Below, one piece after another: positions 52,102 to 64,000 of a stretch of DNA of 64,000 nucleotides. Positions within the stretch are counted from its first letter, which is position 1, and every line of letters begins with the position of its first letter. A model generated the notes under the pieces. That model did no database searches. It saw only the letters and a list, made by a program, of their open reading frames with translations, and was not told the DNA's origin. Made by a program: the position numbers and the translations under genes. The stretch comes from Tubulanus polymorphus. Taxonomy: Eukaryota; Animalia; Nemertea. The stretch lies in NCBI RefSeq assembly GCF_964204645.1, contig NC_134026.1, forward strand, positions 21,920,150-21,984,149, read 5' to 3'.

Positions 52102-52478
52102 TTAGACAACAATTGCAAGAATCCAAGAATGGTCTGGAACCACCAAACGAATCTGCTTCAACTTTGGGAGTAATCCACATATCATCAAGACGTCGAAATT
52201 TCCTAAGATTCAAACTTTGCAGTTAATTTTACGAAACTTTCTCCACGAGTGTTGCTTTTACGGGTACATCATATTCACTTTTTTTTAGCATTACAAGTTT
52301 TTCATCTTTCAGGAAAGAGAGTCGAACAAGACCATCAGTGAACTAATTACTTCGCTGTTGTGGCCCCCAAGGGCAGATTCTACAGTTATAACAAAACTTG
52401 TAATGCACAGGATTAACATAGATAGGAAAAAGTATCTATGAAGTCTTACGTAATATGCTTTATTGGCGCTGGGTTTTA

Positions 52479-53197
52479 AGGCTGGCTTATGTCGACAAGC
52501 AACGCTACGCCTACCGACTCCTACCGACGCAACTGAGAGCAACCGCGATCGCAGCCCAGCTTATGTCGACTGCGCTCTGATTCGCAGCAACTGAGGCCGA
52601 CTGTAGGGATACGAGATCCTCCCAGTTGCTAATTTGATTTATTTTGAATTATTGGGAAACATATTTCTATTAGAAAAGCTATTTCTTTAAGATCTTTATC
52701 TTTCTGATTATGTTTTGAATACAATGTGCCAGCGACATCATTAAAAGATGGCCGCTCACACCATAATTCTACCAATTTCGCTTCTAGATCTACGGTCCAG
52801 TCATCTGCCGTGCTGAAGGTTTGGTTAACATTTCGAAATACTTGAATTTGAAAGTTTATGACTAATTACGAATGACAATAACTAGCGGTCATAATTTGTA
52901 CTATGTATATGCGGTCTCTTATTGGCTGGAACCCTTGCGCTCAGTTCCGTCGCGTCGCAGATGAGCTTAAGTCGGTTGCGATCGAAACCAACTGTCTGCC
53001 TACCGTAGGGTGGAGTAGAACATGGGAAACTAGCCGGATACGGCTTGCGACGAGTCGGTAGGTGTCGGGTTGCCGTCGCAAGCTGGCTTATGTTGAACCG
53101 ATAGAGCAGCAACTGGCGGCCTCTCGTAGGCCGCTAGTCAGTGATAAATCCAGTTGCGTCGGTAGGCGTTGCGTTGCTTGTCAACATAAGCCAGCCT
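52479..53197. mobile_element. Non-autonomous PIF/Harbinger-type element, 719 bp
   Basis: ~40-bp TIR AGGCTGGCTTATGT(C/T)GACAAGCAACGC..CGCCTACCGAC; TTA target duplication on both sides; no transposase ORF. Confidence 0.92.
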
Positions 53198-53988
53198 TTA
53201 GAGTTCCAGAACAATCTTAATGGTTATCTTTGCATTTTTATCATTACATTCGATGTGATTATTTCCCCCAAAGAATCTATCATAGAAACTGCAATAAGAT
53301 AGTTTTTGCATCCTATGCCTGGAAATCAGATAATTTTATATTTTGAGTATTACTGGGATCAGTCAGAAAAAATACTTGTCTCAGACTTAATTCACAGAAA
53401 ATAAACTAATTTTAACTGAAGACTAACTGTAACTCACAACTGTTGGACTAGGCCATGAAGTTGACGCGAGCTGCTATCAGCTTACTCGAATATAATACAC
53501 AAATTTCCACCCTGGCTTAGTTACGGCTAGCATGTAGGGATGTGAAAGATAGTTGAACCTAATTGTCTTTTTATATGCAAGTCATTCATATCGTGACTTA
53601 CGCATTAGAGCATTAATGTTTGGTAGAAAGGTGATGGAAAGTCAATCGGACAATCGTGTTATGATATGTATGTCTGAGCCAGCACGCAGGATATGAAGCC
53701 CACAACACGAGAAAATCATTGTCACAATCACATCTTAAAAAATACAATATAATGGCGGAAACACTCATACAGAAATGGGACACTTTTTGTTATTTTTGAA
53801 AGAAAAAGAAAGACATAGATTCTACAAACCTATTTCACTAATCTAAGTATATTCTGTGATAAATCAGAATAATCCTTTCAATTCTCCAGTCATTGTACTG
53901 TATTCATACTTTTCGCATTGTCTCTCTCTCTCTTATTTATTTGAAATGATTTTGATTTGATTTGGTGTCCCTTACAAACGCACCTCAC

Positions 53989-54024
53989 CTGCTGGGAACG
54001 ACATAGGGAGTTTGATTTTTGATA
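53989..54024 (-). CDS. Candidate 36-nt symmetric exon (phase-2 reading IKNQTPYVVPS)
   Basis: Acceptor CTATTTCTGTACTTCGATTTCCAG| and donor CAG|GTGAGG, exactly 36 nt, open in all three frames, PDE4 strand. Confidence 0.5.
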
Positions 54025-54924
54025 CTGGAAATCGAAGTACAGAAATAGTTGGGTGAATTTACAGAATATGTTGGTTAAATTGAAGTACATTATTGGAAAT
54101 CATTGTTCTGGTTCATGTAAACAAGAAAGAATTCTCTCAATGTAGCCGAAAAGCAGTGATAACAGGTTTTCTGCACACATTGGAAATGATGGGAATCAGA
54201 AAAATACATCAAATATGACAAGCTGCCACTACATCAATCTTACTTGACCATGAAATACCAAACTGATTCACAGGGTTTGAACAAGCACTTAAGAATTCTC
54301 AATAAAAATTCAATCAAAATTGACTTGGTGACCAGCTTGTTGGAAATAAAACCTATTTTACCTAATTTGTTACTTACTACAGCTAGATTTGAAATAACGA
54401 TAAAACATCTCAGATCATATATTATCCCTTATATATTTCTTTGGTCATTTTCCATGTGTAGAAAATACTACAAAATCTTTAAGTTTTTTCTTGAGTAGGT
54501 ATTAATGTGAAAGTCCTTTATATTGTTAGTCCCGCGTGTTGACTAGATTTCCGTATTAACTCCTATTGATATCTATATCCATCAAGATGATGTTATGTGC
54601 AAACTGAAGATTTGTCGTCTAATAGTTCAATGCTGAACATAGCGCAGTGCCCTGTCCGGAAACTGTTATGATTAATAAGGACAAGATGATAATGATTAAA
54701 CATCAGCAATGACTACCACTGCTATAGGTTTGTATGTAATGTAATTATACCGACATTCTTGTCAATGACAGACGCAACCGTTTTATGAGACAGGGAAAGA
54801 CATAGCCCTAAATGCACGATATAGATATGATATATGATAGGTCTCTACATTCTCACAATGTGGTTTATATTCGGTTGATAGCTATGCAAATTCGTTCTAA
54901 AATAAATTTGATGAAAGCTTATTG

Positions 54925-55147
54925 CAGACCTGGCAACCCATCAATCATGACATCAGGGACAAAAAACGTAAATTTCCAGACACAATTAGGAAAAATGAAG
55001 AATAATATAGAAACAATTTTATAAAGGAGCAGTAAAATTGTTTCAGGGACAGCAATAGATTTTCAATAGCATCAAACAAGCACCACCAGGGACAGCGAGG
55101 CATTTTCAGGGACTGTGCCTGACAATCAGGGACAGTTGGCATCTCTG
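54925..55147. mobile_element. MITE with CAGACCTGGCAAC / GTTGGCATCTCTG ends and CAGGGAC subrepeats
   Basis: Imperfect TIRs; TTATTG directly on both flanks. Confidence 0.7.
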
Positions 55148-57242
55148 TTATTGTAGACAGGGTTTTTTGTATGATCAAACTATAAAAAAGTTCCTTCCAT
55201 TAGAATTTTTGCCACAAATTGTTTTGTAGATATGTATTGGGACATTCACTTGCAAATTTTCAGACGTATTCCATTTCAACTTACAACCACAACCCATACT
55301 GCTTTCAACATTTGTGAATGGCTTTTTTCTATTTCGCTACATTATGGACTGGAGATGATCATCCCTGGACGTGGTAAGATTTGCTTCATTAGACGAGAGC
55401 TCATCCCTCGTCAGACATGGGTAAATGCTTTGTGGCCAACTGCGATTAATCATGTAAAATGTATTTAGGATGGACATCAAATCTGCAAAGTGCCTAATCC
55501 ATATAATTTCCACAACTGGTCTGAAAAGTGGGAGCATTTATGATGTCTGGTACGTAGGAGCCCCCAGAGACCATTGTCTTCAGTAAATAGCCAGATCGTA
55601 CAGCACGAATATTAGCAACATGGCGCAGGCAGTCGGTTGGTATGCATTCTGGATAATTACTTGTTCAGACATCCCGAATTAACTGTGGGGTTTCGATTAT
55701 TACAGATGCGTGACAAAGCATCATAAAGCCAAATCACTAAATGAGTGCGTTAAGGTTAGGCATTATATGCAAATGTGAATAAATATCTCATCTGTCCAAA
55801 AAACCCTATCACTTTCACCATTAACCTACGAGCAATTTTGATTAAGATTCTTGCCCAATATTTGTCTTAAAACAGGTTTGATGCCACCTGTCCTCATCCG
55901 TCTAAGAATTTGCTGCATCTATCCATTGAAATGTGACCACCCATACCAATGGGTTAGCCATTTTTTGTTGGCAGCTATGTTGTCCCCAGTGGTAATTAAT
56001 GAAGCCTATAAAAACCATTAATCTACTCAACTCTTCCACTCGGTTCGAAAGTCATCGCGATTAATATATCAGCGTGAACCGTAATTGCTACCAGGACAAC
56101 CGAGAAACAAGACATCCGGCTACGGCGGCGTGCCGACTAACCAGACAACAATGAAATGAAAGGTCAGATATTCACGATTCCATCACACGGCATCACAATG
56201 AACATCGCCAACGCCAGATCGAAGAAACTGATCAAATCCCCATCTCATACAACGTGCGGCGCATTTAGCCGGAACATGTCAGATTCACATCATTGGCTCA
56301 AGTTACGGAAACCTATGGCTTTACGTTGTTGCCTGTCATGCATTAACATCTATCGAGAATCCAAATTTTTCAACAACACGCGATCGAACATCAAAGCGTT
56401 GAATATTCCGTTTTTCTGTTTCGAAAAGATACTGTTTCCTCAGCGAAGAGAGAAACAAACTCGAGTGCATTATCTGTTTTACTGCAGAATGAACATAAAA
56501 ATGTTACAACCGCAAAATACATGCGTTGCCATCATGGATAATGCCGCATAACATAAAAACTATTGAATGTCGATTTTCATATTGATACGCAGTGTATGAA
56601 GCAGTAGTAACTTCAATAGTTGAGCATTGATAATTCAAAGACTGATCAAATACAATTCATTCGAGTCCAATCTATTCCCATGTAGTAAATGCATTTCAAT
56701 CACTAAATTGATATTTAGAAAAATCTGTGATATTTTTATGAGCGCTTCTGTACAATTTTCAAGCACACTTCTGATGTTCATACTCCGTTCATACTCACAG
56801 GCGCCCATGCGTGTGTGTGTTAATAACGCAATAAATTCAATGAGTAGTTAAATATTTTCAGTCAACAAAAACCTCTTCATAAATTTGACCTCTCGCAGGA
56901 ATTCGCGAAAATTGATTTCCAATTTTTTCAATGAAAAATTTCGGTATCGGCAGCGCATACCAACGAATCTACGTCGATTCGACGATAATTTGATTTGCCA
57001 CGATCACAAAAGAACCAAAACAGCCACGGCGGTTCGTCCGTGGAGATTTCCGCATAAACTGCTCAAATAAAACCTAATTCTTTATTAGGTTTTCTGCTCA
57101 TCGGCTTTGAATATCGATCGGCGCTCGCGATGATGTTAACACTCTTCCGCGCGCGTCTCGAAGGTGTCAATTTCAGAGACGACTCTAGCTGCAGCTGCAA
57201 AAACTGTTGAAGTCATTAAAAGCCGTGTCGGCACTTATTACT

Positions 57243-58058
57243 AGTTAGACCGGTCCCAATGGGTCCGTATGGACCAATTTTGGAACAGACCGAATCAACA
57301 TGTGCTTTCACACACACATTGCTGAATTTGCTACAGATAGTTATGACTGAAGAACAAACGGTTTCATTTTCCATATATATAAATCATGTTGAATAAGTCG
57401 AACGTTTTCGGGTTAACATAAACCCCTTCTCAAGACAAGTAACAAATGATGCAAAACTACAGTATGTTAAGATATAAGTTTACAGGAACAGGTCAACAGT
57501 GGTGCTGTTCCTGTAAACTTATATCTTAACATACTGTAGTTTTGCATCATTTGTTACTTGTCTCGAGAAGGGGTATATGTTAACCCGAAAACGTTCGACT
57601 TATTCAACATGATTTATACATATGGAAAATGAAACTGTTTGTTCTTTTATGGATTTTTATGTATTCAAATCAGAAATTTATATCTAAACGATAGATTTGT
57701 GAATCCCTGTCCGTTACTTATTTTCAAAATGTTGTAGGAAATTTTCAAAACAATAAAAAAAATGATTATTCCTCGAGCAACACACGCAATATACAGATAT
57801 TAAGATAAATAATATTCTGTTAGCCTGTACCTTATAAATCATATGATATCTGAAAACTATATCAATCTGCTTGATGACATATGGTGATGCGCATATCAAA
57901 ATTGAATTCATACTGCAAACAATTTAGAACGGACCTGCAACCAGTTTCTGTCCACACTAACAGACCAATTTGGAACAGAATTAATGCAAGCATGAACACT
58001 TGGTCTGGTCTAAATTGGAACGGGCCAAATTTAGACCGATCTAAATAATGTAGTGTGA
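57243..58058 (+). mobile_element. MITE family B copy interrupted by a 297-bp palindrome
   Basis: Matches the 48234-48672 copy on both sides of the insert. Confidence 0.72.
57350..57646. repeat. Near-perfect long palindrome: 142-bp arms, 13-nt spacer, 4 mismatches counted by eye
   Basis: 57350-57491 is the reverse complement of 57505-57646. Confidence 0.96.
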
Positions 58059-59370
58059 AATAAATGCATAAACCTTGCAAATCCATAACGGAATAGAATT
58101 AAGTGGAAGCATGAATGTATCAAAATTGCATTCCCAAGTGATTTCCAGTTATTATACTTGCATGTACGAATCGTATCCCCTAAAGATCAGAAACTAATTT
58201 ACCCCGAAAAGCCACATGCACCTCAATGAAATTATTTTGCGCAGTATGATAGATGATATACAAGCGCGCACAATTAAATGAAATGCCAAGTTTATCGACT
58301 ACTACAACGTCATTATTCATTTCCAATATGGCCACCGTCGTCGATCGCCGTATTTCTGTTTTTATTGGACTGACACACGCAGGGTTTCAACCGGCTTCTT
58401 CGACATTATCGAAAACGCAGATTTTGTGGCGCTTCGAAAACGATATCGCGTTGCACGATACACTGGGTCAAATTCGTATTAATCATTGACGATTTCTCAG
58501 AATTCAGGTCACGGGGCTGCCTCGAATTTCGTTTTCTCGTTATCGATTACCGGTATGCAAATTTGACCTTTTCGATCCAACCTGCCTGCGGACAACAGGT
58601 ACCGGTGATATATTTTACAGATCTAAATCGCGGACATTCTATTCCTAAATAATCGGAATAAGGACTTTGACCGACTGCTATTTATTTCATTCCTATGATG
58701 AATAATGATTAACGACTTCATATATCATTTTTTTCGAAAACAACATGAAACAATTTATCAGTAGATAAATCCAATATCATAGGCTCAGAGCGAACGAACG
58801 CAGGGAGCTGTTATCTGATGGAAATTGAAAAACACCTGGCCTGAAGTTCATCGTTAATGAGATTGAGATGATGTTATGCCAGCATTGATGCATATGGCAT
58901 AGTAAAAGTAGAAAACTTAACTGAATCCCTAAAATATTTATCGGTGTATATTGGCTTGCAGTAGGGACAGTTTTCATACTTCATATAATCACTGATTAAA
59001 AAATTCTTCTCATGGTCAGACTGTTTATAACATTTCAATTTCAAATGAATGTGTGTATATACATAGAGTATAGGCCCCCCAAGTTGACAGATGACAGATA
59101 CGCAATATTGAGGACTGCAGCGCTAATTAGCATAAATTAGTGTATTTCCGGTGTTACTACTCAGCCATTTCTATGAAACCTAGAATCTTAAGTCAGTAGC
59201 CAGGAACAAACAGGGGTTTTGACCCGGACACAACGGTTCACACTGGTATCAAGTGGGTCAGCGCCCCTTTCAAACAAACCAGGCCCGAGATCAATTTTAG
59301 CACGGATCAGATCATTCCATGTGGATGTGAATCACCTCGTTTTCCACAGAATCACTTTCATAGGATAATT

Positions 59371-59707
59371 AGCCGCGATCACACGGAGACGATTTGGCCC
59401 GGGCCAAATTGGCACCGATCAGGCTCGGGCCAAATTTGGCCTGTGCCTAATTAGAGAGCGCATTCACACACAAACCATTCACTCGATAGTCAACAATACT
59501 CAGCAAGTGGATCATTTCCGGCGCTAGTTGCAATTCAAATGCAATCATTTGTCTGGTGCTAAAATTAAGCTCGGGCCTGGTCTGACGTTTTTGGTCAGGG
59601 CCAAACAGGCTTGGGCCCATTTGGCACCCCTGTGAACAGTTGTTCCGGGCCAAATTTGGCACGGGCCAAATTTGGCCCGGGCCAAAAATGCACGTGTGAT
59701 CGCGGCT
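59371..59707 (+). mobile_element. MITE family A, most complete copy (337 bp)
   Basis: Perfect AGCCGCGATCACACG TIRs; related fragments on both flanks. Confidence 0.92.
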
Positions 59708-62700
59708 ATAGTAACAAGTGAGTGAGTGATTAATACATGAATGCGCTCGGTAATTAAGCACGGGTCAGATTTGGCTTGGGTTTGGTCCGGGCTCGACCAG
59801 CGTATTTCTATGGAAAGAAGTGGATAACTATAACAATGATTCAGTTCGTTCAATCAATTTACCGATAGATCTGATAGTCTAGAAAATGGGTCCTTTTGGA
59901 GTTGTTTAAAAAATTTTATTAAGTTGTACATTTTAGATTTATAATTTTCAGTGATGTCTGAGTATGTTATCTTCCATTCCAATTTTTGTTCACCAATATT
60001 TCAATATCATGACTGAGTTTGTAGAAGTGCTAAACTATACAATTAGGTTAGAAAACCGATGTCATTATTATTAAGATTATAAAAAGATAATACACTCCAC
60101 TATTTCATATGCTGCATAAAACCACCTGCAATATGAAAAAGATAAATGGGTCTTCATCGGTTTAACCAGTCATTCAGATATCGCCTTATTAGATACTCAT
60201 CTACAATGTTTAATATTTACTCAATATGAATGAGTTGGAGTTGAACACCACAAACATCATTATATCATTAGGCATTTGTGTAAAAATCATTTGTCAAATT
60301 TGTCAAACAACATTAAGCCATCGAATGACGTCGTCTAAACGAAGTATCTCACGGTGTACGCGGACTGGGCTGTTTCGCGATAAACCATTACTTTCATATT
60401 CCTGCTTTCAATTTCATCAATTTTCTTCAATGTTTGATTTTCAAGGTTTCATTTCGAGTTTAATCTCCGATGCAGTTTAATCGTTTCGCGTTATGACAAC
60501 TAATGTACATCAGCGTTCTGACGATAATAACGTGCGAATACAATTTTGAGACAATTAAATTTTGAAACGATTATCGCAAAGAGTGTGCGGCAGGATTAAG
60601 CCGTTCCGTGAAATGGTCCAATCAGGCCTACATCATATTTGATACCAATTTTGGGTATTACGACAGGCCAACCAATAACCACTTGTCTCAATTTCAATTT
60701 TTTTCCATTTTCATTTCACTCTTTAACCCAAGCTACAATTTATGTGAACCTGACAACTAGTAACAACGTCAAAAAAATATCCTTGACAGGTTTGCAGTTC
60801 TTTAATTAACCTTATCTCGCTACTTTATGAGACGCGTAACAATGAGCAAGTCGCCGAAAAAAAATTCATAAGCAAAGTTGAACAATGGCAAAAATAAATG
60901 AATGTCCCGAATTAAGATCGGTTTTAATACACCTCTTTTTGAAAACTGTCTGCGTGCGTCAAGATCTGAAAGAGTTGTACTGCAATTTCATTCTTCACAA
61001 TGTATAGACATATTTATATTCGAATACCATATTATTGCATGCTATTTATACATAATATCAAGTAACGGGTCGACCACTCCAAGCAATAAATTTCACAAGC
61101 AATACGTTCTATATTTATAGCACTTTTTTACAAAGAGAGCTCAATTAATCTGATTTTTTTCCACACGTTTACTGTCTACATTATACACCTACCAGACAAT
61201 ATCGTTCATAGTTCGTAAGCCATAAACAGATCTTCGCAATCATCGCGACTAACTTATTGTTGGAAAAGACGTAAGACAGAACATTCTCTAAGTTCTCATT
61301 AACGAACTGACAGGACTAAGACATGACATGGCATAAAATAAAGAATATCAGAAGATGCAATTTGTACAGCTCTAATCAAGCGTTAAGGCTCAAATAGTCT
61401 TCAAAGTCTTTGTACAGAGCTTTCCCACTGTACGGCAAATATAACATTTGAACTTTGCGAATAAGCCTCTTTTTATGGTCGACGATGACAAGTCTATTGA
61501 TTTCACCAGTTCTTTATTAGTTATTTACTGGAATGTCCTAAAGCTATGTCGCTCGCGTTGATAATCCAAAGCACTGGATACCATGCTAAAATACCTCAAC
61601 CAATATGTCCATTAGCCGAATTCTAGGGGGAAAAGCATTTATATGGAAATGGCTATTTCCAGAAATGAGCTATAATTCAACGTTCCAATTCATACATAAT
61701 ATTTGAAATTAATTTGAAATTAGGCCAGCGGAAGACTCAATATGCCAAATGTTGGAAATTGCTCCTTGCATGACCTCAAGATTACTCAATAAAAAATGTT
61801 TGAATCACTACAAATAAGCTGAGGATTCAAAACCTATGACGACTAAAAGAGGTCATTCCAAAACATAATGGTGATAAGCTAAAACATCAGTAGACAGACA
61901 TTATCAAAGCTCATAAAGACCAAGTTTTATTGAATGAAGCTATGAAAATAATTACATTTGATTCGGAAGATATCAACTGAAATCAACAACAAGCGAAGAA
62001 TTCAATTGCAGTCCCGATGGTATATGATATAACGTCATTCTGTAAATTCAACTAGTAATCATTTGGGATGCCTAATTATTATCAGCAAACTGATCCAAGG
62101 CAACAACTACTAGGCATTAAATACTCCTGCTGCGGGTGTATGCTAGAGAAGTACAAGGAAATTACTCTGCGCTGTCTTTGCCATCAACCATATATGTTTT
62201 TCGGAGCGAAATTAATTACGAATTCTGCCAGTCTCGGTGGGTATCGGTGCTGCTTAATTATGTAATAAATGGTTTGTGACGGGACTCGCCGAGAAGAATC
62301 TGAAGTAATTAGATCGGCTGGCGTGCTGGCGAATTACATCACCCAAGACACAAGTTCCAGAGCAGTAGCAATAAGCGATAAACAATGAACAATCATTCTC
62401 AATATAAAGCAGATTATAGAATACTATATGATATGATATACAAGGAAAACGAGTCCAATAGGTTTCCTTAAGTTATTTTTTATTTCGACTATATCCTAAT
62501 AGTCACTTTCAGGGATCTTTTTTGTATATTATTATTGCACTACGAACAAAAGGTTTCATCAATATTTTCTAATTGATTCCATGTATGAGCAGTATATGCA
62601 GACTTAAGAAGTTTTTCCATTGAAAGAAGGAGCCAATCAGTGAGCAGTTTCTGTTGTCAATTTCTTCAACAAACTGAATTCAGTCAGTAAGTGAATCCTT

Positions 62701-64000
62701 TGATTTTGGCCTCGACATTTTCAGATCTGTTTGTGAATAACATTAATTAACTCGACTGAATTTTGTCCAGCAGTATTAGGTCAAGGTCAATGTAAAACAT
62801 CAAATTCTCTATTCCAGCAATTAACTTACAAGCAACTGAAAAGAATTTGCAATGACCTAATTATACCACAAGAATCTGATGAAAAAATGAATTAAATTTC
62901 ATCATTCAGTTTTTTTACAAAGTGCCAAAAAAGATAATCTCTTTGTTATGAATCTCGATAACTGTCATCATCACAAAGAGAAAGTCGTCTCATGAAACAA
63001 TTACGAGCAATTTGACGGCGTAACAAGAATTCGAAATTGAAAAAGTATCTCAACGTGCGAATAAATCAACGTTTGTCGGCAATAAATTTCTGAGGAAATT
63101 ACAATCAGATGTACAGCGAATGCTCTTAGTGGGAACGCACCACCTTCCATGGAAACTCAGCGGAAGCCGGAATGAACGGGTACGAGATAATATGTGGCGT
63201 TGGAGATCGAGAAATCTATACTGAAAATCACATTATGCTGGACATACATGCTGTCATCATGGGCGACGCACCGGATAGATAGCGGATGAACGATCTTATT
63301 GTTTGGCATCTGTCCGATCTACCAGCCTGTCTGAGAGGTGATAATTAAAAATCGATATTACTTTCACATAGGTATATCAATCGAAGTCAGTGAATGAGTT
63401 TATTTTTAGTTTTTACCAGTAGCTGAACATAATCATAGATGTCCCCGTTTGGATCATCAATATTGCCTTCACTGATGCGTGGATCATTTCAATCCCTCGA
63501 TCCAGTACATATTAGACCACTTGAAATAATGCAAAGCAACAAATTGTGATTGACAAGTCAGAAAAAAACAGACTTTTTCCAGGAACCCAAATGGCAAAAC
63601 AAATGCCAATAAGATGATCAAGACTAATTTAACTTTTTCATATCTAACAACGTATCTAATCTAGCAATGTATATTGAAGATCTTCATTATATATGATTTT
63701 ACCTTCATGAAACGCGAGATGATAATGTGTGTATCAGTGTGTGTTTTACAACTGAAATGCTACAAAAATGAGGACTATCCACAGAATACAGAAAATCGGA
63801 TGAGCACCTTAGTGCCCGAGATGATATCGACACTCCACCGGCTGTACATGATAGTTTAATCTTATTTGATCTGAAATTGAATGAAGACTGGCACAATATT
63901 TCAGACAGTCTGACAACAGATTTCTTGCATCATAACCAGGCCTGCTATAGTACTGATATATGGCATCAATGAACACAAAATGATAAGAAGCTGCGATCAC

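Overview
AT-rich animal (invertebrate-like) genomic DNA. Most of the window is the 5' part of one large minus-strand gene, a cAMP-specific phosphodiesterase 4 (PDE4/dunce orthologue); the ORF track does not show it in the correct frame. The anchor is the UCR1 exon at 4474-4656 (FDVENG...[26 protein letters not shown]). Upstream of it (higher coordinates) lies an array of about ten candidate alternative first coding exons that all end in the phase-2 donor needed to join UCR1. They include a PDE4D3-like RRHSWIC exon at 34273-34343 and a 428-aa disordered leader at 9724-11009. Two candidate short-form first exons and a pair of perfect CRE palindromes lie downstream of UCR1. The catalytic exons must be off the left edge. 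The introns hold several MITE families (mostly PIF/Harbinger-like with TWA target duplications), two long hairpins with hammerhead-like/Penelope-like cores, a near-perfect 715-bp tandem duplication, microsatellites and candidate recursive splice sites. No prokaryotic-type systems, RNA genes or CRISPR arrays were seen. All exon calls were made by eye and the short ones need RNA evidence.
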